A stretch of 64,000 nt of DNA. It comes from Gammaproteobacteria bacterium. GTDB taxonomy: Bacteria; Pseudomonadota; Gammaproteobacteria; Eutrophobiales; Eutrophobiaceae. The stretch is taken from assembly GCA_965215365.1 (NCBI GenBank), contig CBDCDS010000003.1:1664001-1728000 (forward strand), in the 5' to 3' direction. Position 1 is the first letter of the stretch. Every line of letters starts with the position of its first letter. Below, in pieces: positions 40,360-52,978 of the stretch. A model generated the notes under the pieces. It did no database searches and was not told where the DNA came from. It saw only the letters and a list, made by a program, of their open reading frames with translations. Made by a program: the position numbers and the translations under genes.

Positions 40360-40779
40360 ATGAGTTTGAAAGGCACCAGAACTGAAGATAACCTGAAAGC
40401 GGCATTTGCCGGGGAGTCCCAGGCTAACCGTCGTTACCTGTATTTTGCCCAGAAAGCCGATGTGGAAGGCTTCAACGACGTATCTGCCGTGTTCCGCTCG
40501 ACTGCGGAAGGCGAAACCGGCCATGCCCATGGCCACCTGGAATACCTGGAAGAGGTGGGCGATCCGGCCACAGGCGAGCCGATCGGTTCCACCGCGAACA
40601 ACCTGAAAGCCGCAATCGCCGGAGAAACCCACGAGTACACCGATATGTATCCCGGCATGGCGAAGACTGCGCGGGACGAAGGTCTGGACGAGATCGCCGA
40701 CTGGTTCGAAACACTGGCCAAGGCGGAACGTTCCCATGCCAACCGCTTTCAGAAGGCGCTGGATAATCTTGACGCCTGA
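40360..40779 (+). CDS. rbr: Short (aerobic-type) rubrerythrin
   Basis: [29 protein letters not shown]. Confidence 0.93.
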   Translation: MSLKGTRTEDNLKAAFAGESQANRRYLYFAQKADVEGFNDVSAVFRSTAEGETGHAHGHLEYLEEVGDPATGEPIGSTANNLKAAIAGETHEYTDMYPGMAKTARDEGLDEIADWFETLAKAERSHANRFQKALDNLDA

Positions 40780-40837
40780 TTTGAGCGGGCTTCGAGTAAC
40801 ATCTAAAAATGCCATCCATGGCATTTTTAGAGAATAC

Positions 40838-40869
40838 CGAGCCGGGCGCTGTCCCGGCTCTTTTTTATT
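40838..40869 (+). terminator. Intrinsic terminator
   Basis: gagccggg-cgctgt-cccggctc followed by tttttt. Confidence 0.75.
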
Positions 40870-40905
40870 GCCATTGGTATCATCTCTGACTATCGGTGTC
40901 GCCCT

Positions 40906-42249
40906 GTGAGTGGCAATCTGCGCGAGGGCAGCCTGGACGCGCCCACCCGACATCCCATTGACTGGAAACAGCCGGATTACTACGACCAGGGCAGCTTGTT
41001 CGCCGAACTGGAGCGCGTGTATGACATCTGCCATGGTTGTCGCCGTTGTGTCAGCCTGTGCCAGGCCTTCCCCACCTTGTTCGAGCTGGTGGATGAAGCA
41101 GATACCATGGAGGTGGATGGGGTAGCAAAGGAGGATTACGGCAAGGTCGTGCAGCATTGCTACCTGTGCGACCTGTGCTATATGACCAAATGCCCATACG
41201 TGCCGCCGCATGAGTGGAACGTCGATTTCCCCCACCTCATGTTGCGTGCCAAGGCGGTGAACTTCAGCGCCGGCAAGACGAAGTGGCGCGATCGAGTCCT
41301 GACCTCGACCAGGACCGTGGGTAATCTGGCTGGCATCCCGGTGGTTGCCCAGCTGGTGAACGCCGCCAACAAGACCCGTCCGCTACGCCAGCTGCTGGAA
41401 AAAACCGCGGGTATCCACGCCGCTGCGCCCTTGCCTCAGTTCCATTCCAGGTCATTCCGCAGCAGGGAGCAGGCCCGGCAATCGGTGCCGCGGCGCGCAC
41501 AGGCCGCCGGCCGCACCACCGGCAAGGTGGTGCTGTTTGTCACCTGTTACTGTAACCGCAATACCCCGCAGGTGGCGCAAGACCTGATAGCCGTATTCGA
41601 GCATAACGGTATTCCGATCACCTTGGCACAAAAAGAGGAATGCTGCGGCATGCCCAAGCTGGAACTGGGTGACCTGGAGGCGGTGGAGCGGGCTAAAAAC
41701 GTCAACATACCTCAGCTGGTCAAACTGGTGGAGCAGGGTTGGGACATTGTTGCGCCCATTCCTTCCTGCGTGCTCATGTTCAAGCAGGAACTGCCGCTGA
41801 TGTTCCCGGACGATGCGGCTGTGGAGCAGGTACGCCAGGCGTTTTTTGACCCGTTTGAATACCTTATGCTGCGCCATAAAGAGGGTCAGCTGAACACCGA
41901 CTTCAAGCAGCCCCTCGGTAAAATCCTTTATCACGCGCCGTGCCACCAGCGGGTGCAGAATATCGGTTTGAAGACCCGCGATATACTGGCGCTGGCGCCC
42001 GACACGGAGGTCGAGGTAGTGGAACGCTGCTCCGGTCACGACGGCACCTACGCGGTCAAGGCCGAATCCCATGAAACAGCCAAAAGAATATGCCGCCCGG
42101 TGGTGAACAAAGTCAAGCAGGCCGAGGCCGACCATTACCTCAGCGATTGCCCCATGGCCGGCGCTCAGATCGAGAACGGCATGGGCGAGGCCGGACCGGG
42201 CGTGACCGAATCTGCCTTTGCGCTGCTGAGAACCGCTTATGGAATATGA
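40906..42249 (+). CDS. Fe-S oxidoreductase (GlpC/HdrD-like)
   Basis: CHGCRRCVSLC, CYLCDLCYMTKCP, CCG domain. Confidence 0.9.
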   Translation: MSGNLREGSLDAPTRHPIDWKQPDYYDQGSLFAELERVYDICHGCRRCVSLCQAFPTLFELVDEADTMEVDGVAKEDYGKVVQHCYLCDLCYMTKCPYVPPHEWNVDFPHLMLRAKAVNFSAGKTKWRDRVLTSTRTVGNLAGIPVVAQLVNAANKTRPLRQLLEKTAGIHAAAPLPQFHSRSFRSREQARQSVPRRAQAAGRTTGKVVLFVTCYCNRNTPQVAQDLIAVFEHNGIPITLAQKEECCGMPKLELGDLEAVERAKNVNIPQLVKLVEQGWDIVAPIPSCVLMFKQELPLMFPDDAAVEQVRQAFFDPFEYLMLRHKEGQLNTDFKQPLGKILYHAPCHQRVQNIGLKTRDILALAPDTEVEVVERCSGHDGTYAVKAESHETAKRICRPVVNKVKQAEADHYLSDCPMAGAQIENGMGEAGPGVTESAFALLRTAYGI

Positions 42250-42334
42250 AAGCGCCTGAGCATAAAGGGTGCGCAATGTAGCATTCCTCCATTGTCTCTG
42301 CCGCTGACGGAAGGACGCCGGGGGAGGGGATGAC

Positions 42335-42922
42335 ATGACCAGAAAACTAACCAGAAACGACTTATATGCGCTTGAGAAATATGCGCAGATCCGCAAGGAA
42401 TTTCGCGCCAGGGTCATGGCGCACAAGCAGACGCGCCGGCTGGCGCTGGGCGCCAACGCCAACCTCTATTTTGAAGATCAGTTGACTATCCGCTATCAGG
42501 TGCAGGAAATGCTGCGCATTGAGAAGATCTTCGAGGCCGAGGCCATCGAGGAGGAACTGGCGGCGTATAACCCGCTGATTCCCGACGGGCACAACTGGAA
42601 GGCCACCTTTATGCTGGAATACGACCAACCCGCCGAACGCCGGGATATGTTGGGGAAGCTGGTCGGGGTGGAGCACTGCGTGTGGTTGCGGGTCGGCGCC
42701 GGCTCCTTGCTGGTGCCGATGTGTGACGAAGACCTAGAACGTGCAACCGCAACCAAGACCTCATCGGTACATTTCATGCGCTTTGAATTATCGCCCGAGG
42801 ATATCAGCGCCCTGCGGCAGGGCGCCGAAATCTCCGCCGGGATCAGTCATGCGGCCTATACCGTTCAGGTCGCGCCGGTACCGGCACCACTGCGCCAATC
42901 GCTGGTTGCTGATATTGATTAA
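42335..42922 (+). CDS. DUF3501 family protein
   Basis: RYQVQEMLRIE, YNPLIP, KTSSVHFMRF; canonical neighbour of rbr. Confidence 0.9.
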   Translation: MTRKLTRNDLYALEKYAQIRKEFRARVMAHKQTRRLALGANANLYFEDQLTIRYQVQEMLRIEKIFEAEAIEEELAAYNPLIPDGHNWKATFMLEYDQPAERRDMLGKLVGVEHCVWLRVGAGSLLVPMCDEDLERATATKTSSVHFMRFELSPEDISALRQGAEISAGISHAAYTVQVAPVPAPLRQSLVADID

Positions 42923-44830
<1,908 letters not shown>

Positions 44831-44844
44831 GCGGGCGCCGTTAA

Positions 44845-45292
44845 CCCAAGTTTAACATTTTTCGCCTGTTGGGGCGGGAAATCGGGGTAATTTTGGCAGG
44901 TTTTCGGTTGTAAGTCATTGATTTATTATGGTGGTGGTGGCGGGAGGCAGCAATGTAGTGCCATAATCTTTATTTTTCTGTTGACACACCTTGTCATCGC
45001 CGGTAGGCTGTCCCGTATGTTCATCCGCCGCACCAAAACCCGTACCACCGCCACCTTCCGCCGGGACGACGGGCGCACCCTGCATGTGCGTAAGGCTACC
45101 CTCGCCGAACCGCCCCAGCAGGCACTCTACGAGGCACTCGGTATCAGCACCGCACCGGGAGGAGTCCGAAAGAACATCGTCTGAGCCCGGCAACACGTAT
45201 TCCAGTACCCACTTGTAGTGCCACTCGGCCCGCCAGAACTGCGTAACCGGCTGATATACAACAAGTTCGTTCAGACCTATGTTAAACTTGGG
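44845..45292 (+). mobile_element. Internally deleted IS1634-like element (448 bp)
   Basis: IRs CCCAAGTTTAACAT / ATGTTAAACTTGGG, flanks TTAA/CTAA; MFIRRTKTRT fused to TATFRRDDGRTLHVRKAT..YEALG..PGG. Confidence 0.75.
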
Positions 45293-45551
45293 CTAACCAG
45301 CAGTTCAAAACCGCGCGTAGCAGAAATAAAAGCGAAACCAGCTAATATCACGGGTACGCCTGTCAGCACTGTTCTGCGACCCTGAAATTGAAAAATTGCC
45401 GCAAACCATTACCCCTTTATATTTCTTCGATGAGCCAATACCATGGCGGATGCTATTAGAGGAATTGGACGGATGGACAGACATCTATCTCATCGGTTTG
45501 GACGCCGCCTATCATTATGGGAGCCAGCTACGTAATTTGGCTTTGCCCTGA

Positions 45552-45884
45552 CTATTGCGCAACACTCTTCTCCAGCGCTTGCATAATCCAACTGTTAATA
45601 CTGATGCCGCGTTGCGCTGCGGAGCCGGCAACGCGGCGATGCAGGTCTGGTCCGAGGCGAACACTGAGCCTGCCCGAAAAAGGTTTACGGGGTTCAACGC
45701 CATCCTCCTTACAGGCATTGAGATACTCGTCGATGGACTTGTGGAACTCGTTTCGAATGCCTTCCACATCGGTTGCTTCGAACGTGGCAATCGGATAAGC
45801 GCCACTGTTTACAACGCGCCCGTGCAGACGCCCTACAGAATCGTCAAACTCGATCACAGCAGCGTATTCTTTGTACTCAATCAT
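45552..45884 (-). CDS. hicB: HicB antitoxin
   Basis: YKEYAAVIEFD, FHKSIDEYL, PRKPFSGRLSVRL..LHR, SINSWI. Confidence 0.92.
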   Translation of the reverse strand: MIEYKEYAAVIEFDDSVGRLHGRVVNSGAYPIATFEATDVEGIRNEFHKSIDEYLNACKEDGVEPRKPFSGRLSVRLGPDLHRRVAGSAAQRGISINSWIMQALEKSVAQ

Positions 45885-46135
45885 GGCTTTACTCCCACGG
45901 CATTAAGGAATGCAGCAATGTCACGTACCGTCGCCCTCCCGGTTTCAGGTTCAGGATGCGGTCGGTGTACAACCATTCGTTCTGCGTTCTTCCTCATCAG
46001 CACACGCGCCCCCGAACGCTGGGTGACCTCTACACCTGCTGCTCTCAGCATGGAAACGATGTCCATCCAACGGATTCCTGCAGGTGTCGGTGTCCTGAAC
46101 ATATCCTCCAAGGTGCGTTGGTGCTTCGCTCTCAT
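45881..46135 (-). CDS. hicA: HicA toxin
   Basis: KHQRTLE..IRW, HRPHP; ATGA overlap with hicB. Confidence 0.9.
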   Translation of the reverse strand: MRAKHQRTLEDMFRTPTPAGIRWMDIVSMLRAAGVEVTQRSGARVLMRKNAERMVVHRPHPEPETGRATVRDIAAFLNAVGVKP

Positions 46136-46215
46136 GGAGGGCAAATCCTACCAGATTAAGCGCCATTCTCCAAGGGTATTCTCCAAGGCAGGCAACTTCT
46201 GCAGGAATCAGTTAA

Positions 46216-46366
46216 GGTAACCTCTAAAAATACCCTCCGTGGTATTTTTAGAGACGGAAATGAAAAAGTGTGATTTTTCATTTCCTTCATTTTCAAGCAC
46301 TTACGTGCTTAAAAATGGCAGCACATCCCTGTGCTGCACGGGTGCCTCTAATTAATAGAGGCACCC
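46216..46366. mobile_element. 151-bp MITE with TTAA duplication
   Basis: TTAA|GGTAACCTCTA...TAGAGGCACCC|TTAA; inverted near-identical copy at 57490-57640. Confidence 0.9.
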
Positions 46367-46409
46367 TTAAGAGCTGCGCTTTTGCTAAGACCGTTAGGAA
46401 GTCCCCTCC

Positions 46410-48954
46410 CTACAACGTCAATAACGCAGCATTCCCGCCGATTGCGGCTGTGTTGATGGTGCAAGTTTGTTCCGTGGCGAAGCGTAACAGGTAATGCGGG
46501 CCGCCCGCTTTGGGGCCGGTGCCGGACAGGCCGCAGCCGCCGAAGGGTTGCACGCCCACTACGGCGCCGACCATGTTGCGGTTGACGTAGATGTTGCCGA
46601 CCCGTACCCGTTCACGGATGTAGTGCGCGCGTTGTTCGATTCTGCTCTGGATGCCGAGGGTCAGCCCGTAGCCCAGAGCGTTGATCTGTTCCAGCAACGG
46701 CGCCAGTTCCGCGGCGTCATAACGTAATACGTGCAGTACCGGGCCGAACAGTTCTTCTTGCAGTTCGGCAACCTGGAAAGCCACCAGGGTGGCCTGCTCT
46801 GCCGGTTTGGCGATGACCGTATTCCCGGCGGCCAGCGCCGCTGCGATCTGGCCGGTAAAGATGGCCACGGGAAAGTTCCACGGGCTGATGCAGACAAACA
46901 CGCCGCGCCCGCACAAGCGCAGGCTGTTGCTTTCACCTGCGGGCCCCGGCAGCGCGGTTTCAGCGCCCATCAGGGTACGGCTGCAGGCGGCATAGTAGCG
47001 CAGAAAATCCACCGCTTCGCGCACCTCGTCATGGGCGTCGCGCAGGCATTTGCCGGCTTCCAGCACGCACTGCGCGGCTAGCTCCGGCAGGCGTTCCTGC
47101 ATCAGGTCCGCCGCCTTGTCAAGCAGGGCGGCCCGATAGTGTGCAGTGGTGTTGCGCCATGACGGGAATGCCTCAGCGCAAATGGCCAAGGCCTGAGACG
47201 CGACCCCTGTCGTAGCATCCCATACCCGACCGCTACGTATTCTGGTGTGCGCCGGGTTATAAACGCTTCTGGACTTGCCGCGCAGGGATTGGCCGTTGAC
47301 CAGGGGCGCAGCGGTCCACTCTATGCTACGGGCGCGGGACAGGCTATCTAGCAGCAACGCCTGCTGTGTGCGCTCAGCGAAATTGAGGCCGCGGGAGTTC
47401 TGTCGCTGCGGGCGGAACAGGTCCGGCGGTGTCGGTATGCGGGGATGCCGGGTTGTTTGGTTGGCTGGCGTTACCGCCGCGACCGGGTCGGCTACCAATT
47501 CGGACAGAGCGACTCCCCGGTCGGCAATGCGGTTGATAAAAGATACGTTGGCGCCGTTTTCCAGCAAGCGGCGCACGAGGTAGGGCAACAAGTCCTCGTG
47601 CGCGCCTACCGGTGCATAGACGCGGCAGGGGACATTCAAGCCCTGCGGGTTAGTGACATGCGCATACAAGTCCTCACCCATGCCGTGCAGGCGTTGGAAC
47701 TCGAACTCCCGGCCGTCGGCGTGATGGTGGATATAGCTGACAGTGTGCGCGTTATGCGTCGCGAACTGAGGGTAAATGAACGGGCACTGTGTGAGCAGGT
47801 AACGGGCGCAGGCCAGATAGGATACATCGGTATGGTGTTTTAAGGTAAACACCGGGTAATCTGCCAGTCCCTGTTCCTGCGCGCGCTTGATCTCCATATC
47901 CCAGTAAGCGCCCTTGACCAGACGCAGCGGCAGCAGGCGTTGCTGCGCCTCGGCCAGTCCGTTCAGGTATTGCAGCAGGGGTAGGGCACGCTTCTGGTAA
48001 GCCTGCACCGCCAGCCCCAGACCCGCCCAGGCGCGCAGGCTGGCGTGGCCGAACAGGTAGGCAAAGACTGCTATGCTCAATTCCAGCCGTTCTGCCTCCT
48101 CTGCATCGATGGTGATGGCAATCCCGGCGCTGCAGGCAGCTATGCACAGTCGTAGCATGCGCGCGCAGCTCGCGTAACGCACGCGTTGATTGAGTGGGTT
48201 CAAAACGCGGGCAAAGCGACGATAACTTCACTGAAATGCCCGGTTTTTCCAGAATAGTCGTTGCCGCTTCGACCGTCCTGCCCAGGGCCTGAATGGCATG
48301 GGTGTAAGATTGTTCGTAACGGTCCGCAGCGCTGGCGGTCAGAGCCGCTTCCCCGAGCATGTCATAAGAAAAACGATAGCGCCGCAGCATGGGCTTGCCA
48401 CTGCGCTGTAGCGCCTCGTTAATGTTGCGTCCCAGCACGAACTCGGCCGCCATGATTTTCATGGCACTCTTCAACGTGGTACGCAACACCGGTTGCTCCA
48501 GCCGACCCAACAACTTGCGTAACAGATCAGGCAGTGCCCGGGCGCCGTCCTGCTCCCGGTAAAGCAGTTTTCCGGTCAGCATCAGGCCCCAAGTGGAAGC
48601 GTTGACAAATAGCGACGGATCCTGGCCCAGATGCTGCTCCCAGTTTGCTGACGTGAGTTTGTCGGCAATCAGGGAGTCCATGGTGCCGGCATCCGGGATC
48701 CGTAACAGCGCCTCGGCCAGACACATCAGCGCCACGCCCTCCTGGGAGGACAGGTCATAATGGTTGAGAAATGCGTGCAGACCGGAAGCCTGCCCCTGCT
48801 GCGCCCGCACCGCCGCGGCCAGCGTCCGGGCGGTCTCTGCTATCTGCTGCGCCCGTGCAGGTTGCGCCCGCGCCAGCGGCAGCAAGCGCGCGACAATCAG
48901 TCCTTCATCGGCAAGGTAATCGCGGTTGATAGTGGTAAATGGGTCGTCTGTCAT
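46410..48954 (-). pseudogene. putA: Proline dehydrogenase/P5C dehydrogenase, frameshifted near 48160 and with a large deletion near 46765
   Basis: ALMCLAEALLRIPD, YDMLGE, RLVKGAYWD, ISPWNFP, then KPAEQATLVAFQVAEL joined directly to QEELFGP. Confidence 0.9.
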
Positions 48955-49123
48955 TGGCACAGGTATGAAGCGCTTTCAGCAAGGTGTCGCTAAAAATCAG
49001 CAGCGCTCTTGAAAAAAATTATTTCAAAGAATAGCATTTTATTGTTAAATTAAGTTTTTATTATTTGAAATAAGTAAAATTTAATTCTTTATTTTTTATT
49101 TTTAATAAAATAAAATTATAGTT

Positions 49124-49594
49124 ATGACCATGAAAGACCAACTCGACCGTATCGACCTGAAAATCCTGCGCTTGTTGCAGGGTAACGGCAGGATTTCCAA
49201 CCTGGATCTGTCCCGGCGTATCCACCTCAGCCCGGCGCCCTGTCTGGCGCGGGTGCGGCGCTTGGAACAGGCCGGCTATATCAGCCGCTACCGGGCGCAA
49301 CTCAACCCGGAGCTGCTGGGCCTGGCGCTGCTGGCATTTATTGAGATTACCCTAGATCGGACTACGCCGGATGTGTTCGAGAAGTTCAAACAGGCGGTTC
49401 AGGAGGTGCCGGAAATAGAAGAGTGCCACATGGTAGCCGGCGGGTTTGACTACCTAGTCAAGGTACGCAGCGCCGACATGGAGGCCTACCGGAAAATCCT
49501 GGGAGAGAAAGTAGTAACTATTCCGGGCGTGCTACAGACCCATACCTACGTCGTTATGGAACAGGTGAAACAGGCCGGGGAGCTGAATATCTGA
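49124..49594 (+). CDS. Lrp/AsnC regulator (PutR-like), divergent from putA
   Basis: LDRIDLKIL, PCLARVRRLE, ECHMVAGGFDY; very AT-rich intergenic region. Confidence 0.92.
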   Translation: MTMKDQLDRIDLKILRLLQGNGRISNLDLSRRIHLSPAPCLARVRRLEQAGYISRYRAQLNPELLGLALLAFIEITLDRTTPDVFEKFKQAVQEVPEIEECHMVAGGFDYLVKVRSADMEAYRKILGEKVVTIPGVLQTHTYVVMEQVKQAGELNI

Positions 49595-49636
49595 TGGCGC
49601 ATTAAAAATACTACGGAGGGCATTTTTGGAGGTCAT

Positions 49637-49766
49637 TCACATTACCTCCCACGGGTTAGCCACCTCCAGGCCTGTTGCGATAAACGGGCCTGTATCTCTT
49701 GTAGCGATGATCATGCCGTTGGCGGCAGCCGTTGCCGCGATATAACCGTCAGCCGTACTGAATCAT
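49637..49766 (-). pseudogene. VapC/FitB PIN toxin relic (start codon and C-terminus only)
   Basis: ATGA overlap, MI then out-of-frame STADGYIAATAAANGMIIATRDTGPF..NPWE. Confidence 0.85.
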
Positions 49767-50017
49767 TCAAAACTCACATCTCCGGCGGGACTCCTATCAC
49801 GTACCTGGTTGATAATCGTGACTTCTTCGTCGGTGATGTTTATTTCACGCCCCAGTTCGAACAGCATCGTTCCCAGTTTGGCGCGCCCCTCGGGCGTTAC
49901 ACTTTGTTTCAGGATAGCGCGCACCTCGGCCTCGGCGCTGTTCCCATTCCGGGCCGCCTTGACTCGCAAGGCGCGATGTACGTTATCGGGTAAATTACGT
50001 ATTGTCAGACTTGCCAT
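49763..50017 (-). CDS. FitA/StbC-like RHH antitoxin
   Basis: MASLTIRNLPDNVHRALRVKAARNGNSAEAEVRAIL. Confidence 0.9.
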   Translation of the reverse strand: MASLTIRNLPDNVHRALRVKAARNGNSAEAEVRAILKQSVTPEGRAKLGTMLFELGREINITDEEVTIINQVRDRSPAGDVSFE

Positions 50018-50042
50018 AATCATTACCATTAATCGCTTTCAA

Positions 50043-50070
50043 TGATAGCAATCATACTCTTATGCTATCG
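50043..50070. promoter_or_regulatory. Putative antitoxin operator
   Basis: TGATAGCA-N12-TGCTATCG inverted repeat; half-site resembles the Neisseria FitA site TGCTATCA. Confidence 0.6.
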
Positions 50071-50249
50071 CTAAGACAATAAGGTGCCTCTAAACCCTCA
50101 TGCTCAGGGCGCTGCACACCCCGCCGGTATGTAAGTTGTTGTTCGTCATACCGGACCGGGAATGGCTGGTATCTAGTCACAGGGACGTAAACAGGCAGGG
50201 GCAGGTAAATTTACACAGCAAAAATTAGGCATCCAGGTACGGCGTTGCC

Positions 50250-52019
50250 TCAGAACTGCGCTTCCCCCAACGTCATTATCGACTCGCTGCCGGCCCGGAT
50301 GGCGGCGCAATGACCGGCGCTGCGGGGCAGGTAGTGTTCGGCATAGAAGCGGGCGGTGATGAGCTTGGCCTGATAGAACCCATCACTGCTGCTGGCGCCC
50401 TTGCTGGCGGCAATCATGGCGGCTCGGGCCAACTGCCAGCCGCCGCAGACATAGCCGCTGAGCATCAGGAAGTTCATGGCAACCGCGCCGGCCGCATTGG
50501 GGTCGTGCTGAGCGTTTGTCAATAACCAGTCTGTTGCCTGCGCCAGCTGCTCGACTGCGTCGCCCAGGGCGCGTTTAATGACGGCCTGATTGACCTCATC
50601 TGTGGACAGATTGGTTACGGTCTGCCTGATCTCGGTGATGAGTTCCCGCAATGCCTTGCCCTGGTCCCGGATGACCTTGCGGACGACCAGGTCCTGGGCC
50701 TGGATGCCGTTGGTGCCTTCGTAGATACTGGTAATGCGGGCATCGCGAAAATGTTGCGCGGCGCCGGTTTCCTCAATGTAACCCATGCCACCGTGTACCT
50801 GTACCCCCAGCGAAGTGATTTCCTGCGCCAGTTCGGTGCACCAGGCTTTGACTACGGGGGTCAGCAGGGCAAACCTCTCGGCGTGACGGGCCGGCTCCGA
50901 GGAGCGGTTCATGTAATCAAGCTCGGCGGCGGCAACATAACCCAGCGCGCGCATGGCCTCGCAACCGGATTTCATCAGCATCAGCATCCGTCGTACATCC
51001 GCGTGTTGAATAATGCGGGCGCGGCCGGTCTGACCGGGCGCCTTGCCCTGCTCGCGTTCCTGTGCGTAGCTGCGTGCCTGCTGGTAGGCGCGTTCGGCGA
51101 TACTCAGGCCTTGTATGCCGACTGCCAGGCGGGCGTGGTTCATCATGGTGAACATGCAGGCCATGCCGTCGTGTCTGGCGCCCACCAGGTAGCCATGCGC
51201 GCCGCCGTTATCGCCATAGCTCATCACGCAGGTGGGGCTACCGTGGATACCCAGTTTATGTTCGACGGAAACCGCGCGGACATCGTTGCGCCGGCCGTCG
51301 GAACCGTCTGCATTGACCAGGTATTTGGGCACCAGGAACAGGCTGATGCCCTTGACTCCGGGCGGCGCCTCGGGCAGGCGCGCTAGCGCCATGTGCACGA
51401 TGTTGTCGGTGAAGTCATGGTCGCCCCAGGTGATGAAGATCTTGCGCCCGGTGAGCAGATAACTGTCCCCGTTGGGAACCGCCCGGGTCTTTATCCCGGC
51501 CAGATCGGAACCAGCCTGGGGTTCGGTCAGGTTCATGGTGCCGGTCCACTCCCCTGACACCAGTTTTGGCAGAAAAACAGCCTGCAATTCGGCTGAGCCA
51601 TGGCTGCCGAGCGCCACCGCGCAGCCTTCCGTGAGCATGGGGCAGAGGGCAAAGGCCATGTTGGCCGATTGCCAGATCTCGTTGGTGGCGGCGGCGACCA
51701 GTTCCGGCAAGCCCTGGCCGCCGTACTCGGGCGCAAACGGCAACGAGCCCCAGCCGCCTTCGGTAAACGCCCGGTAAGCGTCGCCGAACCCTGCCGGGGG
51801 AATGACCCGGGCGTCTTCACAGCGGGTGCCGGCGATGTCGCCGGCACGGTTTAATGGCGCCAGGACTTGTGTGGCAAACCGGGCCGCCTCGTCCAGCACC
51901 GCAGCTACGGTATCGGCCGTGGCATCTTCCAGCCCCGGTAGTTGGTTGAGCGCCGATAATCCCGCCAGTTCGTTCAGTACGAAGCGCATGTCGCGGGTGG
52001 GGGCGGAGTAGTCATTCAT
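50250..52019 (-). CDS. Acyl-CoA dehydrogenase
   Basis: GTMNLTEPQAGSDL, KIFITWG, EHKLGIHGSPT, GGMGYIEE, IYEGTNGIQ. Confidence 0.95.
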   Translation of the reverse strand: MNDYSAPTRDMRFVLNELAGLSALNQLPGLEDATADTVAAVLDEAARFATQVLAPLNRAGDIAGTRCEDARVIPPAGFGDAYRAFTEGGWGSLPFAPEYGGQGLPELVAAATNEIWQSANMAFALCPMLTEGCAVALGSHGSAELQAVFLPKLVSGEWTGTMNLTEPQAGSDLAGIKTRAVPNGDSYLLTGRKIFITWGDHDFTDNIVHMALARLPEAPPGVKGISLFLVPKYLVNADGSDGRRNDVRAVSVEHKLGIHGSPTCVMSYGDNGGAHGYLVGARHDGMACMFTMMNHARLAVGIQGLSIAERAYQQARSYAQEREQGKAPGQTGRARIIQHADVRRMLMLMKSGCEAMRALGYVAAAELDYMNRSSEPARHAERFALLTPVVKAWCTELAQEITSLGVQVHGGMGYIEETGAAQHFRDARITSIYEGTNGIQAQDLVVRKVIRDQGKALRELITEIRQTVTNLSTDEVNQAVIKRALGDAVEQLAQATDWLLTNAQHDPNAAGAVAMNFLMLSGYVCGGWQLARAAMIAASKGASSSDGFYQAKLITARFYAEHYLPRSAGHCAAIRAGSESIMTLGEAQF

Positions 52020-52030
52020 AGTGTTGGAGC

Positions 52031-52978
52031 TCAGAGACTTTTATAGAGCCGGGCGGCATAGCGCAGCCGGAACTGTTCGCAATCTTCCAGTAGCGTCTGT
52101 GTGGTCTTTGGCATCGGCACCCGGTAGTTGGCCAGATCTTCCATCAGCGTGCCGCAACGGTGAATAATGTCGATGCCGCGCTTGCCCAGGGCATGCTCGC
52201 GCCGGGTTGCATTGCCGGGCAGGGCTGGCCGGCAGTCGGCGACTCGCTCGGCGGCGCTGACAAAACACGGCCAGATTTCGATGATGGCCGGATCGCTACG
52301 CAGGGTCTCCATGGCGCTTTTGCCACTCTCGGCCAGTTCCTCAACCAGTTTTACCAATCTGCTGAACAGGGGCGCCTGCGCAAACACCTCGTTGATTTTA
52401 TCGAGCAACTCGTCGATTTCCCGCATGGTGTGTGCAATTTTGATATAGCGACTTTCCAAAAAGCGGGCAACCGGCGTACTGAAAGCCCTGAAGGGTTCCC
52501 CCCAGAGTTCCTCCAGGCCCTCCCTGCCGTGTTTGACCCGGATATATTTTCCGTACTCCAGCGCGCCCATAAAACACAGGCCGCATTCCTTCAGCAGTTC
52601 ATTTTCCGGCTTGATGGTGACGCCAAGCTGTTCCAGCTCCACGGCATGGGTGAGGATATCCGCCCCCCGGTTCAGCAGGGCGCCGGCGAGCATGGCGGCC
52701 AGTACCCGCTTTCTTGAAGCATTGCTTTCCTCCTCATACCGACACCGCACCTCTTCGAGTTTGTCGCCAGGCGTGTTAATGCCGGGTTCCGCATGATGGA
52801 ACACCCGCCGGGTCAACTGGTCGATGAGGCGTTTTTTGTAAGCGAGGTTGTTCGGCACGTTATAGTGCCGGATCCAGTAACCCTCGTAGTAGATACGCTC
52901 CTGCCCGTCTATCTCCCTGAGGGTGCCGTGTGCGACTTCTTGCAGCATACCAGCCGGGCCAGCGCTATCAGGATGCAA
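52031..52978 (-). CDS. Hypothetical protein co-oriented with shc
   Basis: 315-aa ORF filling the gap; no motif recognised; start may be 52948. Confidence 0.75.
   Translation of the reverse strand: MHPDSAGPAGMLQEVAHGTLREIDGQERIYYEGYWIRHYNVPNNLAYKKRLIDQLTRRVFHHAEPGINTPGDKLEEVRCRYEEESNASRKRVLAAMLAGALLNRGADILTHAVELEQLGVTIKPENELLKECGLCFMGALEYGKYIRVKHGREGLEELWGEPFRAFSTPVARFLESRYIKIAHTMREIDELLDKINEVFAQAPLFSRLVKLVEELAESGKSAMETLRSDPAIIEIWPCFVSAAERVADCRPALPGNATRREHALGKRGIDIIHRCGTLMEDLANYRVPMPKTTQTLLEDCEQFRLRYAARLYKSL

Noticed and set aside
40360-42922. Rubrerythrin-FeS-DUF3501 as a novel system
   Set aside because: Already-described conserved oxidative-stress triad.
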